Shown piece after piece: positions 1 through 13,378 of a stretch of DNA of 64,000 nucleotides. The stretch comes from the human T2T-CHM13v2.0 reference genome, Homo sapiens: NCBI RefSeq assembly GCF_009914755.1, contig NC_060939.1; one strand, 5' to 3'. The translations under genes and the position numbers were made by a program. The notes beneath the pieces are model-generated. The model was not told where the DNA came from, ran no database searches, and saw only the letters and a program-made list of their open reading frames with translations. Every line of letters begins with the position of its first letter. The first letter of the stretch is position 1.

Positions 1-459
1 TGCTCTGGGCAAAAGGCAGTTGGGATTGGCTTCCTACAAAGCTTTTGAAGGTTTCTTTCATCTCCTGCTTTTTTCTGCTCCCCTGCTACCTTACCCTTTT
101 CCACTCCTCCTTCCTCCTGAGTTTGTAAGATGTCTTTAGTTCTTTTAAAAGTTGTTAATTTATAGAAATTGACAGTTTGTAAAATTGAATTCAATTCCCA
201 TATCTAACTCTGGATCTTGGAATGGGTTTCTTAGCACCTCTGCCATATTTAGAGAGATGAAGAACTCCCTGGAGAAAGTAAAAACCAAGAAAGAGTCCAT
301 TAATTAGCAAGCACTTTCAGCAGTAAATTGCAGCAGATCTGCCTCTCCCTGTGAGTCAGCCCAGTCCTGTTCCCCTCCCGCGCCTGACTGTGGAGCCCCT
401 GAAGGAGACACGTGTATTTACATGATACATCTCTGGCTTTTTTTTTTTTTTTTTGAAAG

Positions 460-630
460 GTGACACAACTGGCAAGCTATTTTGAGCCCTTGATCTTAGC
501 CGCAGTTGGTGTGGCCTCCAAGATTCTTGATCATCAGCAGCAGATGACGGTGCTGGACCAGACCAAGACTCTCGCAGAGTCTGCCTTGCAGATGTTGTAT
601 GCAGCCAAAGAAGGTGGCGGAAACCCCAAG
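460..630 (+). CDS. TLN2: Talin-2 coding exon (window exon 1), rod domain R9; VTQLASYFEP...KEGGGNPK
   Basis: T17-GAAAG| acceptor, AAG|GTATGG donor; 171 nt, phase 0-0. Translation is talin rod sequence including LDQTKTLAESALQ (equivalent of the talin-1 E1770 autoinhibition region). Confidence 0.97.
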
Positions 631-1451
631 GTATGGTCCAGGATATCGGGGACTCACTTAGGACCACTAAGAAGCCATCATGCATTCCTGCTGTAATGTG
701 TCCTTCCAGGAGAAAACACTTCCAGTTCTTGCTGGTGGCATTTGAGCTCCCACTCTGAGATCAGAAATAATCTATTGGCCTTCCCAAGGTTCTTAGGGAG
801 GAAATGAAGAAATATACATAAAAGTTATTTTTTTCTTGACAGAATGTGTAGACAAGTGTCCTTGGGGAAGAAAAATGTATGGTGCGATGATTACAGGAAT
901 GAAAACTGCAATGCTTGCTGGGTCCCTGCTCAGCACTGACACCCAGCTTGCACAGAGGAATGTTCTATTGTGCTCCAGTAAATGTCATTTTGATTCCTAA
1001 CACTTAAGAGACTGCAGTTTAATATGAAAATCTCCCATACCAGTTTGCAAGAGGGAACATTTCTTCAGCCTGTTGTGTCACCCAGCTGCTTTAAGTGGCC
1101 AAGTATGACGACAGCCTGTCATAGGTGACTTTGCACCACATTTTACCCTGAACTTGGGAACTGAAGAAGAGAGAATAGCATATGCAAAGGCATAGGTAGA
1201 TTTATTAAAGGGTCATGATTTCTTCAGGAATAGTGAGTGGTCTGATCTATCTGGAACATGTAGAGCTGGGGGACCACCAGGCAGGAGGATGGACTGGGCT
1301 GCAGGGTGACAGGTCTCTTCCACATTGCGGACTTCAGTCTTTATTGTAAGTAGTGGGGAGCCATTGGCAGTTTTTAAGCAGGGGAATGGCACAACCAGTC
1401 CATATTTTAGAAACATTTAAACTGGTAGCAGTGTGAATAATGTCATGGACT

Positions 1452-1752
1452 TTCCTTTTCTTTTCTTTTTTTGAGATCATGTCTTACTGTATTGCCCAGG
1501 CTGGTTATGAATTCGTGGCCTCGTGCCTTCTTCCTGCCTCAGCCTCCCAAGTAGCTGGGGCCACAAGCACATGCCACCATATCTGGCTAGCCTGCTTGCT
1601 CATTTATTTACTTATTTACTTAATAAGTTAATTAGAGGTGGGGGGTCTCACTATGTTGCCCAGGCTCATCTCAAACTCCCGGCCTCAAGCAATCCTCCCC
1701 ATTTAGCCTCCCAAGTACCTGGAATTATAGCTGCAAACCACAGCACCCAGCT
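1452..1752 (-). mobile_element. Two tandem old Alu monomers (FLAM/AluJ-like)
   Basis: T-rich tails followed twice by antisense Alu left-monomer motifs (ttgcccaggct...cctcccaagta). Confidence 0.75.
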
Positions 1753-2129
1753 TGGACTTAACATTTTCTATGTTCAATTTTTTCATTCATGTACTTGGCA
1801 GTTCTTAAGAGCCTCATTCTGGGGATGCTGAAATATTAAGCGCCAGCCACTGCCCTCAAGTTGTTCAGAGTCTTTTGGAAAAATAAGTTGAGTTGCTGAA
1901 GTGGTGGAATGGAGTGAGAAAAAAAAGAATACTGTTTTGACTGCGATGGAGAAACGATAGGGTGCCCTGCAGTCGTGCCAGCCCCCTTTGCACCCTCAAA
2001 GGGGTGCCTCCCCCAAACTGGAGGAGGCAGAACTTACCCTCTGACTCACTTCTGGGTTGTCTTTTCTCCAGGCTATTGACTGCCACATGTCCCCACTCCT
2101 ACCTGATGGTTTCAGTACTAAGAGAATAA

Positions 2130-2458
<329 letters not shown>

Positions 2459-2571
2459 TTTCTGGATTTTTAAGACATTAACACATCTGCTTGGACTGTA
2501 AGTTCAGAGTTCCTGATGGAATTTTATTTTCTCTCAAGGAACCTCACAACCTCAACTTCTGCTTTCTGGTA

Positions 2572-2823
2572 AAGCAGAGGCTGTTACCAGAAAGCTTACA
2601 GTGCTGACTGTCTGTGCTCCCAGCCATCAGAGATGGGGTCTCGCCATGTTGCCCAGGCTCATCACAAACTTCTGGCCTCAAGCAGTCCTCCCCCTTCAGC
2701 CTCCCAAGTACCTGGGATTACAGGTGCAAGCCACAACACCCAGCTTGGACTTAGTTTCCTGTGTTCCCAGCCATAGAGCACACACAGTCAGCACTGTAAG
2801 CTTTCTGGTAACAGCCTCTGCTT
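2572..2823. repeat. 48-bp near-perfect inverted repeat (arms 2572-2619 and 2776-2823)
   Basis: Direct comparison: 47/48 bases complementary. Confidence 0.95.
2629..2745 (-). mobile_element. Alu monomer fragment, apparently a local copy of 1634-1760
   Basis: Antisense FLAM-like sequence without a poly-T tail; shares non-consensus bases and flank with 1634-1760. Confidence 0.8.
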
Positions 2824-3189
2824 GAAAGTGGTGTCTAGCATAATTTTCTACCAGTGTGAAGTAGTTTTCAGTAAAGCATTAGATGATGAAGTAAAACACG
2901 ATGAGTGAAGGCAAGGCAGGTGATCACTTCTGTCCCTCACTGGTCTCATTCAACCTGCTCTCTTTCTGCAAACCCTGACAGGCTTAGCCCAAAGTGCGCC
3001 TGGGACACTACAAGTCTGCTTTTTTCAACCCTTTCCTTAGAAGCCTGATGCCAAGACTTAATCACCTTGAGTGTTATTCTTTGGACACATATTTACTAGG
3101 TTTTATTTGCTGTGTGCTAGGTGTTATATATCCCTGTTTGCAGAAGAAATAAAGGTTTGTCAAATAGTTATGGGTAGCTTTGATACGGT

Positions 3190-3365
3190 GAAAAATAGCA
3201 CAAGCTTTGGGGTCAAACATAATTGGATTCAAATCCCACCTCTGCCTCTCACGAGTAAATTACTTCATTTCTTTGTTTCTGCACCTAAACAATGAAGGTA
3301 ATTATGAATACCTCCCTAAGGTACTGGTAGAGACTAAATGAAATAATGTGCCTGACATAGTAGAT
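3190..3365 (+). mobile_element. MIR SINE fragment
   Basis: ggattcaaatccc...tctgcc...aaatgaaataatg...tgcctgacatagtag match the MIR consensus. Confidence 0.6.
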
Positions 3366-4419
3366 ATGTTTTTTAAAAAAGCGGCAGCCCAGAACCTGGT
3401 GTTAATGAATTACCTGCTTACCGAGGCGTTTGCAGTGTAGCCTCTCCCTCACTCCATTGAGCTCTTCTGCGGTATTCTCTACCCCGCAGAGCTCCCTTCT
3501 CCACTCATCCCCACCCCGCCCAATTCCCTTCTGCGGCATCCTTGATGGGCCACCACAGATTCTGCCCACAACACTCCAGCAGAAACGCAGCCCTCTCCAC
3601 TGTTGGACAGTTCTAATTATTCCTTGTTTTTCTCCCTCTACCAAAGTTGAAATCTGCTCCCCTGTGGCCTTCTCCCATTTTTCCATACTCCTGTGATGTC
3701 TGTGCCTGCTATCCTGGGCTTTGTATTTGAAGTGCTGTAATAAAGAAACAAGGCTCCTTTGGAAGCGGACTTCAGACATGTGTCTGAAAAAGAATGGAAT
3801 CTGGTTTTTCTCTTGTGTGGTGCCATGAGGAACAGTAACAAGGAACCCCTCCGGAATCTAAAATAACCACCTCATTGTTGGGCCCACCGATGCCACTTAT
3901 GAGATTGCTGTCGGTGGTTTAAACAGGCCTTAATTGAGATCCAACTGTGTCTTTGGGTATCTGAAACTATTGAGCTCTACTAGCAGGTATGTGTGATTTG
4001 AGATTAGGCTGTCTGATAAAGATGAGACTTGCCTTTGGTGTTCAGAAGAAAAGGCCCTGGGTGAGGCCTGGAGTAATTGGAGGAGGCTTCATAGAAGAGG
4101 TAGACGTTGAGCTGACCCTCTAAGAATCTGTGAAAAACTTAACCATGAGAAGTGAAGGAGAGCAGGCCTTCTAGAGAATTCATCAGCATGAGTGGATGGG
4201 GAGGTAATTCATTTCTGGGATAGCCAAGAGCAAGGATATGCTTTTATAGATTTCAGTGACCTGGCACAGGACAAGTGTCCTTTAAATTGTTGAAGGAGTT
4301 CAAAAAGTTTTGTGATTTACTGCTGCACCCAAAGTTTGCTTCTGAACCTTCCTGAGCCTGCATGAGAGTACAGATCCTTGGCAAGCGGTGCTCCTGTCTC
4401 CCCCAGAAGGTATACTTAA

Positions 4420-4707
<288 letters not shown>

Positions 4708-6256
4708 GAATTGCTGGCATTTTTGTGTCTAACAGTCATCTCATTCTAAATGAGATGTAGAGAAATATGCACCCTCCCTTTCACCTTCTGTACGAATAAA
4801 AATGTATGAGATGCTCTTTCTGGAGAGTAGGCCCAAGAGGTATCACCTTTCACACTTCTATCATCAAAATAAAGCAATCTGCACATTTTGTGTTTTACCA
4901 TGTCTGTGCCGTGAAATCAGCTATCAACCCAAATTACCACTTTACTTCACTCATCCCAAAGAGAGTTCTGTGTATCCTGACACCGTTGCCTCAAGGATAA
5001 CCATCCATGATCAACATATTTCCCATCTCATCAGATGTCATATTTGAATAACTTTTCTTGCTTCCTATGGCTTTTCAATTCAGACATGGCCAGTTCCTGT
5101 GGCTCACATAGCCTCTTGGAATTCTCTTGTATTTAGAAAATCACCCAACGAGTTCTCGTTTACTGCTTTCCACTGGCTTCTTTACCTTCTCATTTACCAA
5201 AGTAAAGATGCAGTATCTTGGCCTTTTGAAAGGGTCTACTTCCCCAACAAGGTGGCTCAGGGCGGCCGTAGCCACGGCATGGGTAGACCCAGTGCCTGGA
5301 TGTAATGCAATTCCGACCCTGAAACCTGACATCAGGTCAAATTTTGCAGAGCGAGGGCATGATTTCCTCCTAGACTGCCCTTATAAATGGCAAGGCGCCT
5401 GCAGCCATATCATCCCACACTGCATAGTGTTGTTATAGTTTTCCCCATCCTACCTAGGAGGACTCCAAGCCCAGGGCCACTTACCTAGTTAGCCAGCAGT
5501 GGAGCCAGAACTAGAACCCAGGTTTGTCTGTCACCTTGGCTGTTCCCCCTGCATCTTGCTGCTACTTGAGGTATCTTTCAGGGAGCCCAGGACTGCCATT
5601 GTTTCATTGTTTTCATTCATTCATTCACTTAGCCCCTACTCTGCTTGACACAGGTGTGAAACACCTACTTCCTAATATGGTTTAAGGAATGCATGGGTAC
5701 TCAGGGCTTTACCGGCAGGGCTCCATGCATTTCTCCAACCTCATGGCATATAATTTGTGACATAGTTTCAAAGCCTATTAGGCACTCTACAAATATATTT
5801 CCCATAGAGGTACCTACATTTCTGTAATCCAGTCTTATCTTTAGACGGGGAACTATAGTGTGTTGGGCAACTTTGAAGAGACGTACATTTATTTTAAGCA
5901 CATTTTTTCATTATATTATTTTGTAAATGTATCAACTTGTATATTTAGGAACCTGTGGCATTCTCTTTTCTACAGTCCTGAACATAGTAACATATAAAAT
6001 TGGTCATGTCATAAGATTTTGATATTGCAGTTTTATTTTTCCCTGATTGTAAAAAGAGATCTTTTTCTATTTGTCTTTCTGATTTTTATTTACTTTGCAA
6101 ACAAATGGCCAAACATAAAGAAAGGGAAGAAATAGAATAGATCGCTGTGCTCCATTGTGGGGGTATGGTTTTATATTCTACTTTTGAAGGTTATTCTTAG
6201 AAGACTGAGCACCGCTCTCTTCTGCTTAAGGAAATGTTTCACAATTCCCTTCTCAG

Positions 6257-6403
6257 GCACAACACACCCATGACGCCATCACAGAGGCCGCCCAGTTGAT
6301 GAAGGAAGCCGTGGATGACATCATGGTGACGCTGAACGAAGCTGCCAGTGAAGTGGGGCTGGTTGGGGGCATGGTGGACGCCATTGCAGAAGCCATGAGC
6401 AAG
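6257..6403 (+). CDS. TLN2: Talin-2 coding exon (window exon 2), R9/R10; AQHTHDAITE...IAEAMSK
   Basis: ccttctcag| acceptor, AAG|GTGGGC donor; 147 nt, phase 0-0; continues the frame. Confidence 0.97.
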
Positions 6404-6692
6404 GTGGGCATGGGCTCTAGGGCTCTCTACTCCCTTATCTCCCTCACCCATGGGCCTCGCGTGCTTTTCTCTAAGCTGTCAAGGCTCATAGCAACAAGCC
6501 TCTTCTTTTCTTGAAGGTTCTAGTTAATGTACAGATATCCAGTCACATGTCCAACATATTATTCTTTATTATTAATGCATTACTTTTGTAAGCCAGTTGT
6601 GCCTTCTAATTTTACATGAAAGAAAAAGATGGACATGGAAAAGATATCATAGGTTTCCTCAATTGTAAGATGGAAATTGATTATCTACTTCA

Positions 6693-7130
<438 letters not shown>

Positions 7131-10100
7131 TCAATTGGGTTACATTTTAACACACTCTTTTTAATTGCTCCTTGTGGTTCTGATATCTAGCCAGGCACAG
7201 AAACCACTGAAATCGTATATATGCAAAAGCCCATAGTAAACTCTTGTAGGCTACAGACATGTAAGAGAACATGAGTATCATTTTCTCATTTAGTGACCCA
7301 TCAAATGAGTCAGATCATTAGGGTGACATGACTGGAGACAGATTCAACTCCATATCTCCTGTTCTTTCCCCCAAAGAATCCTTCATTAGTCATGTAAGTT
7401 TGACATTCATTAGAAAGAATGCTTGTTCATCAGCATCTAATTGCCATCCTGTGATAGCATGCCAAGAATTTTAGACATCGTCTATGTTTTGAAATGTCCA
7501 TTGTCAGATTGTGAATACATTAATAAGGTTTTTCAGGATAATAAGCAGTCTTTAATTGCTAATTTAGAGAAGATTGGTTGTTCATATCTCCATGAAGAAA
7601 TGATATGCTGTAACTATAATTAGAATAATTATCCTTAGGCATTATGCAGTCATTGTCAGCCTGAGAACAAACATAACAAGCCCAGGGTGGAATGCTGTGT
7701 CTCCCTTTAGAGGCCGCAGGCTCTACTTTGTCAAATCATCCATCAGTTTCTGCTGTGGGCTTCTCATGCTGCAAATGTGGACATTTTGGCAGAAAATGAG
7801 TGAAATTTCCCTCTTCTGCGGGCCCTTGGATAAGTCTCAGTAGATTTGTTTGGTTTTCAGGACATCAGAACACCAGAGCTTTGAAGATAAACCGTGTATC
7901 TACCTAAGGATGTTAAATAATGGAGCCCAAGGTTTCTTGGTGCAAATTAGAAATTCAAATGATAATCTTTTTCTTCTTGGGAGAAGATATTTTTCAGTAC
8001 CACTCAAATGATAGGGAAGGATTCCATAAATCCTAGGAAGATGGACGTCAGATCCAAAGTCTTTCTTTGATAGCCCTGTGCCTTATGCACTGTGATGGGC
8101 TGTGGACAGAGAGAGCAGGCCCTGCACCACCTGCCATTAGTGGTATAGCCTATGCTGTCTCAGCCAGAGACACATTTGATTCTTTTGGATGGGCTGGAAA
8201 TAAGTCAGGTGTTACTTGATAGCAGTAATTAGGAACTGCCAGCCAACACAAGCCACAGAGGCCAGGAGCTGTTCTTCCCCCCTCAGTTCTGCAAAGTATA
8301 TAATTGGGGTTTCAATGTTGCCCCTAAACTCTTATCTACCCTGGCCTGACATCCAGGGCACCACACAACACCTCTTCCTCATTCCCATTCTCCCTTTGCT
8401 CAGCATGTTGCTGGGGACTTCAAATTAAGTGATGTTTCAGGTCCTTTGGGTCCCTGTGCAGCAAGCGTTAGAAAGCTGGCATAGTCTCTCAGAATTTCAT
8501 TAATTTGGTTAAAACTCTGAGATACTATTAGACTCACTGTCTGAAATTCTCAAAGCCAGTGAATTATAGAAAAACCTGAGTGTAGCCAGAGTTAATTCTA
8601 ACTTGGATGTGACTCCTGACACTTTGGGTGCTTTCACTGTGGAGCTTCTCTTTGAGATTCTCTCTCGTCATCTCAGCACTAGGAGGTTTGGAGACTCACA
8701 AGTGAGTATGAAGTAATCAGCTTTCCGGGTGACCTTGGACAGGAATTCAAGCTCTCGGGACGTTGATTTCCTCATTCAGTGAGGTTGGTAGGATCCTGTG
8801 GGATTTTGTGATGTGGTATCTTTTCTTTGTTTTTGTTTTCGTTTTGTTTTTGGCCAAGTAAGAAAATTAAACAAAAACAAACAAAAACTGTGCCATCTAC
8901 ATCACGGCTGTTTTATAAAAGAAAGGTCATGCTAGCACCCACAAAAGGAGGAAGGCTGTACTCTCAGAGTAAAGGGAAGTTCTTTCAAATAAATGAAATT
9001 GAAATCCTAGTCACTACTTTGTTCTTTCTTTTCCCATTGTCCTCAGACTAGTTAAAGGTTCTTTGGCTGGTGGCCACTGGCCAAGAACTCTGAGCTGCCC
9101 TTCAGCTCCAGCATCCTGGCATGTGGGTAGTGATGTCACATCTCACATGCAAGCTCCTAGCATGTGGCCTGAGGCTTAGAAGATGTTCAGTCAGTTTACA
9201 GCAAGTGAATGAGTATGCAATTCAGTCTCCTTTGACTAGCAGGGCCCCCGTGCCGTGATGGGGATATAGCATCTATCTGCCTAATAGGGAAAGCTAAAAA
9301 AGTCTAGTGTGGAGTTTGTGTTAATAGTTTGGTGAAAATTATATGCTGGGCTATGCAGCCACATCACGCATAGGCCACAGTGATGCCTTCCTTTCACTCA
9401 CAGTGCAGTACATGCCTGCTCATGACATATAGCTGTCACTGAAGATACCAGCTAACATTTTCCTAATTGACCACTTGGCCCCAATCTCATCTCTGACTCT
9501 GAACTTTATGGCACAGAGCTGCCAGGGAAATCTCAAATACGTCATTGCTTACCCCAGATCCCACTGTTGTCGTCATGATTTCAAGGTTTTCCATAAAACA
9601 GATGCAGCCTCATTCCCACTGCTGTCAACAGCCCCCTCCTGTTCAGGTCAGGATGACCTCACTAGACTCACTCTGCCTGTATTAATTTCTGTTCACTTTG
9701 TCTCTTCGCCTGGAATACCATTCAGCAACCAGTGGTGATGGTGAGGATGGTGGTGGTGAAGATGGGTTGCCTGTTTCTTCATCATTGGCATTATCATCTT
9801 TATCATCAGCATCTTCATTATGGTCATTCTCTCCTCTTCCTGTATATAGTTCTTGACCAGGTGTAGTGTTGATTTTTACTGTAACCATGTGATGCCTGGA
9901 AGTTACCACTGAAGGACTAGAGATCAGAGTTTAAGTAAGCAGCCCAAGGTTCATTCACAAGCCTTGGAAACACATTTTGAATACAAATCTCCTACACCAA
10001 TATGTCCCCAAGCCTTCAAGGGACATAGTCCCATTGTCTCAGTTCTTCCACCCCACAGTGATCTTGCCCTTCTCTCAGTTCCTATTGCATTTATAGTCAG

Positions 10101-10633
10101 GTGAGCAACAATTTATTCCTAGTGCTTCTAATTCCTTCTATTCCCCGATTGTGCTCATAAAGAACGGTTCCGTGGATAGCCATGGACTCGACCATTCCTC
10201 AGGAAGTGCTTCCTGATGGAGAGTCTGCCTCCTTTCCCACCTCATCTTCTGGCACTTTGCGCTTCCCTAGAAGTGTCAGGCTGGCTCCCGCCTCCATGTA
10301 CGTGAATTCTGTTCCCTTTTCTTGGGATGCCTTTCCCACCTTTTACATGTGGCAGACTCTTCGCCTGGTAAGACTTGGCGGAAACATCACTCCTCTGGAA
10401 GGCCTCCCACTCCTCTCAGGCAAGGCTGGGAGCCTCTCCTTGCCATGTACCCTGAATGCCTTATGTGCCCTTCTGTTGAAGTCCTTATTGCACAAGTTGG
10501 GTAATTGAGTTGACACTGGGCGAAAGAATCTCTGAGGCCCTCTCTGTTTTTCAAAGTTCCTAATTCTCGTAAATACAGTCTACACTTCAGCAGGCTTCTT
10601 ATGACCTTTGGATTCTTTTCCTCTCCTCTGTAG

Positions 10634-10735
10634 CTGGATGAAGGCACTCCTCCAGAACCAAAGGGAACATTTGTCGACTATCAGACGACTGTGGTTAAAT
10701 ACTCCAAAGCCATTGCGGTGACAGCTCAGGAAATG
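10634..10735 (+). CDS. TLN2: Talin-2 coding exon (window exon 3), R10; LDEGTPPEPKGTFVDYQTTVVKYSKAIAVTAQEM
   Basis: ctctcctctgtag| acceptor, ATG|GTAAGA donor; 102 nt, phase 0-0. Absent from the ORF track; translated by hand. Confidence 0.96.
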
Positions 10736-13215
10736 GTAAGAGGGAAGAGAGCTGCCCTCCCCACTGTTGTTTGCCTTTTTATCCACTGCCGCCGCTGAGC
10801 CTGCAAATCCCAGATCTGTGTCAGAGAGAGAGCCCAGACCACTCTCTAGTCCCTCAGGGGCTCCAGCTTCTGTCCTTTATCTGTGGTCTTTCTGGCTGCC
10901 TGTGTCCAGTAGCCCCAGTCTGCTGCAGTTCTTATCTCATGAAAAAGCTGCAAGAGGGAATTAAAGATGGCTGAGACTTGGGCATGAGGACAGAGGAGCA
11001 AAGGAAGGAGAGAAAATGAAAAGACGGGGAAAGCAAGGAATTTGTAGTTAAGGAGAAAGGGGGAGAATCTTATTCACCTCACGAAGGACTTGAGGTGTTT
11101 TTAGTAGATTAAAATAACAGTACAAGAGAAGATATTTGGGGATAAAATAGAGATGAGATTATCTGATGAAATCAAGTTATAATACTTGGAAAATAAGGTA
11201 TTGCCAGTCTTTCAGGCAAAATGAAACAGTATGGTTATGTAATAAGAAAAAAAAAATTCCGACAGTAGAAGGCATACAACTTTTGGAGGTAATGTTTTGG
11301 TTTGGTTTGGTTTTTGTTGTTTTGTTTGTTTGTTTGTTTTTCTAAAATGTAATGCAACTAGAACTGTATTATATAGATTCTTAGATATAAATGGCATTGA
11401 GAGATAGTGAATGCTATCTGATATGTTAAGCAGTTATACGAAAGATGACAAATGTTGTCTTCAAAGAATTGATAGGAGTCCATAGAAAAAGTTTCTCCCA
11501 ACTTTTAAAGGCTCAGATGCCGTAAGATAAAAGTTTGAAAGATGCCTCTTTGATACTTGCCACATAAGCCTGGGTTGAGAAATCAATGGGCCTTCCTCGC
11601 TGAAGTGACCAGAATGAGCCACCACATGGTTGCTGTGCCCAGGTCCCCTCTGAGTGGTTTTGTCATGTAATCATGTGTCCACTAGGGGTTGAGCTTGGAC
11701 CACAAAGTCATCCCTGGCTGCTGCCATTCATTCATGGAAACTCTGTGATTGTGCCAGGCTTGTTTAAAAGAATTCGGGCTGTGGAATGGTACACCCATCT
11801 CAGTGTTTTGTGAAAAGCTGGAGCTGAGCCCAGTCTTGTCCTTCTCAGGGGAGCATGGAGGACGGATCCTAGTCCGAGCCAGCAGACTTTCAGCACAGAT
11901 TCCTGTTGAGCAGGAAGCACAGTGCAGCAGCAGTCATGTTTGAGCAGCCTCATGGTGTTTCTGGAATGTCTCCAGAGCCAGGTCCTGAGCTGCCTTGGCT
12001 TGACCCTGGGTGTCCATGAGCTTAAGGAGCTGAGCCTCAGGCTGCATGGCCACTCGTGAGATAACTGGCCTGGCTCTTTGTGTGAAAGAGGCCCTTCTCA
12101 CCCCGTCAGGATGCCCAGACTCCCAGTGCACCTGCTGGCAGGTCGCAGTGGAGCAGCACGTGGCAACACTCACTCTCGTGCAGCTCAGTGTGCGTTCCTT
12201 GGCGGCCACATCTCAGCCTGAAGCCTGGGACGTGTCCTTGTACACATGCCTTAGAAAGGGTGGACATTCCTGTCCTGCCTTGATGGATGGAGAGTCATTC
12301 AAAAGACATTTTAAAAGGCTGTTTAAAATCAAGGTCTTAAAAGGCCACAAAGAAAGAGACAGTATTGTTATCCAGAGCAAGAGGAGGTGGAGCAGGAGGG
12401 GAGCCCCTTGATGAGGGACAGTGACACCCGTCTGGGTGGCAGATTAAAACTGCTTTTGTGAGAATTTAGAGGTATTTTTGTCCAGAGGAAGAGGAAACAC
12501 TAGAAACTAGCATGCCAGCTGCCTTAGATAATTGAGATGCATCAGTCAATGAAACAGAGAAAAATCCTGAGTATCTTCATAATAAAGGCAGAACTTGACC
12601 ATGTGGGCTACACACTACTCTTAACTAAATTTGTGGCTAAAACCTTGTCATTCTTTGGCACAAATTTACTGCAAAGCTGTATCCTCTATGAGTGTTTTCC
12701 TCTAAAACACTGACTTATCCAGCACTTGTCATTCATGGTTTTCTTAACAGCCCTGTCCTCATGCCCTCTCTCACCTGGGTGGGACCTGCTTCAGGGCACC
12801 CAGAGACCAGATCAGCCCCCGACAGAAGCCTTGGCCCAGGGGTGAGAATCGCATAGGGCTTGTGCCTCCTGGGGGTTTCTAGGGGGAATTCCTCTGGTGA
12901 CCCCCCAGGGCTGCGCTGGCGAGGGGCTGGCACACTCACCTGCCAGAGGGTGGGCCCTGGGCACTGGCTCCAAGCTGCACAGCCCGAACGCTGAGCATGT
13001 GCCCACTGGGCCCGGCCAGAATCTGTGGCCTGAGCGGGGCCCTGCGAGGGCTCTGGCCTTTTGTGTGCAATGCAGCATGGGCTTGGCTTGCATTGCCCTC
13101 TCCAGCATCTAGCCCCAAATGCAAGGCCTGGCCTTCACCCCCTCAGGAGCTTAAAAGTGAATGAAACCCTTTGGCTTCCAGTGATATTAACACATGGTTC
13201 TCATGCGTTTCTCTC

Positions 13216-13236
13216 TGTGTGTGTGTGTGTGTGTGT
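13216..13236 (+). repeat. (TG)10 microsatellite immediately 5' of the exon-4 polypyrimidine tract
   Basis: Direct reading. Confidence 0.95.
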
Positions 13237-13258
13237 CTTGCTTGTTTTCTTTTTCCAG

Positions 13259-13378
13259 ATGACTAAGTCGGTTACTAACCCGGAGGAGTTGGGAGGACTG
13301 GCTTCACAAATGACCAGTGACTATGGGCACCTGGCTTTCCAGGGCCAGATGGCAGCAGCCACGGCGGAACCAGAGGAG
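13259..13378 (+). CDS. TLN2: Talin-2 coding exon (window exon 4), R10; MTKSVTNPEE...AATAEPEE
   Basis: ttttccag| acceptor, GAG|GTCTGC donor (weak); 120 nt, phase 0-0. Confidence 0.96.

Noticed and set aside
8821-8890. Opposed (GTTT)/(AAAC) tracts forming an apparent hairpin
   Set aside because: Low-complexity pairing only.
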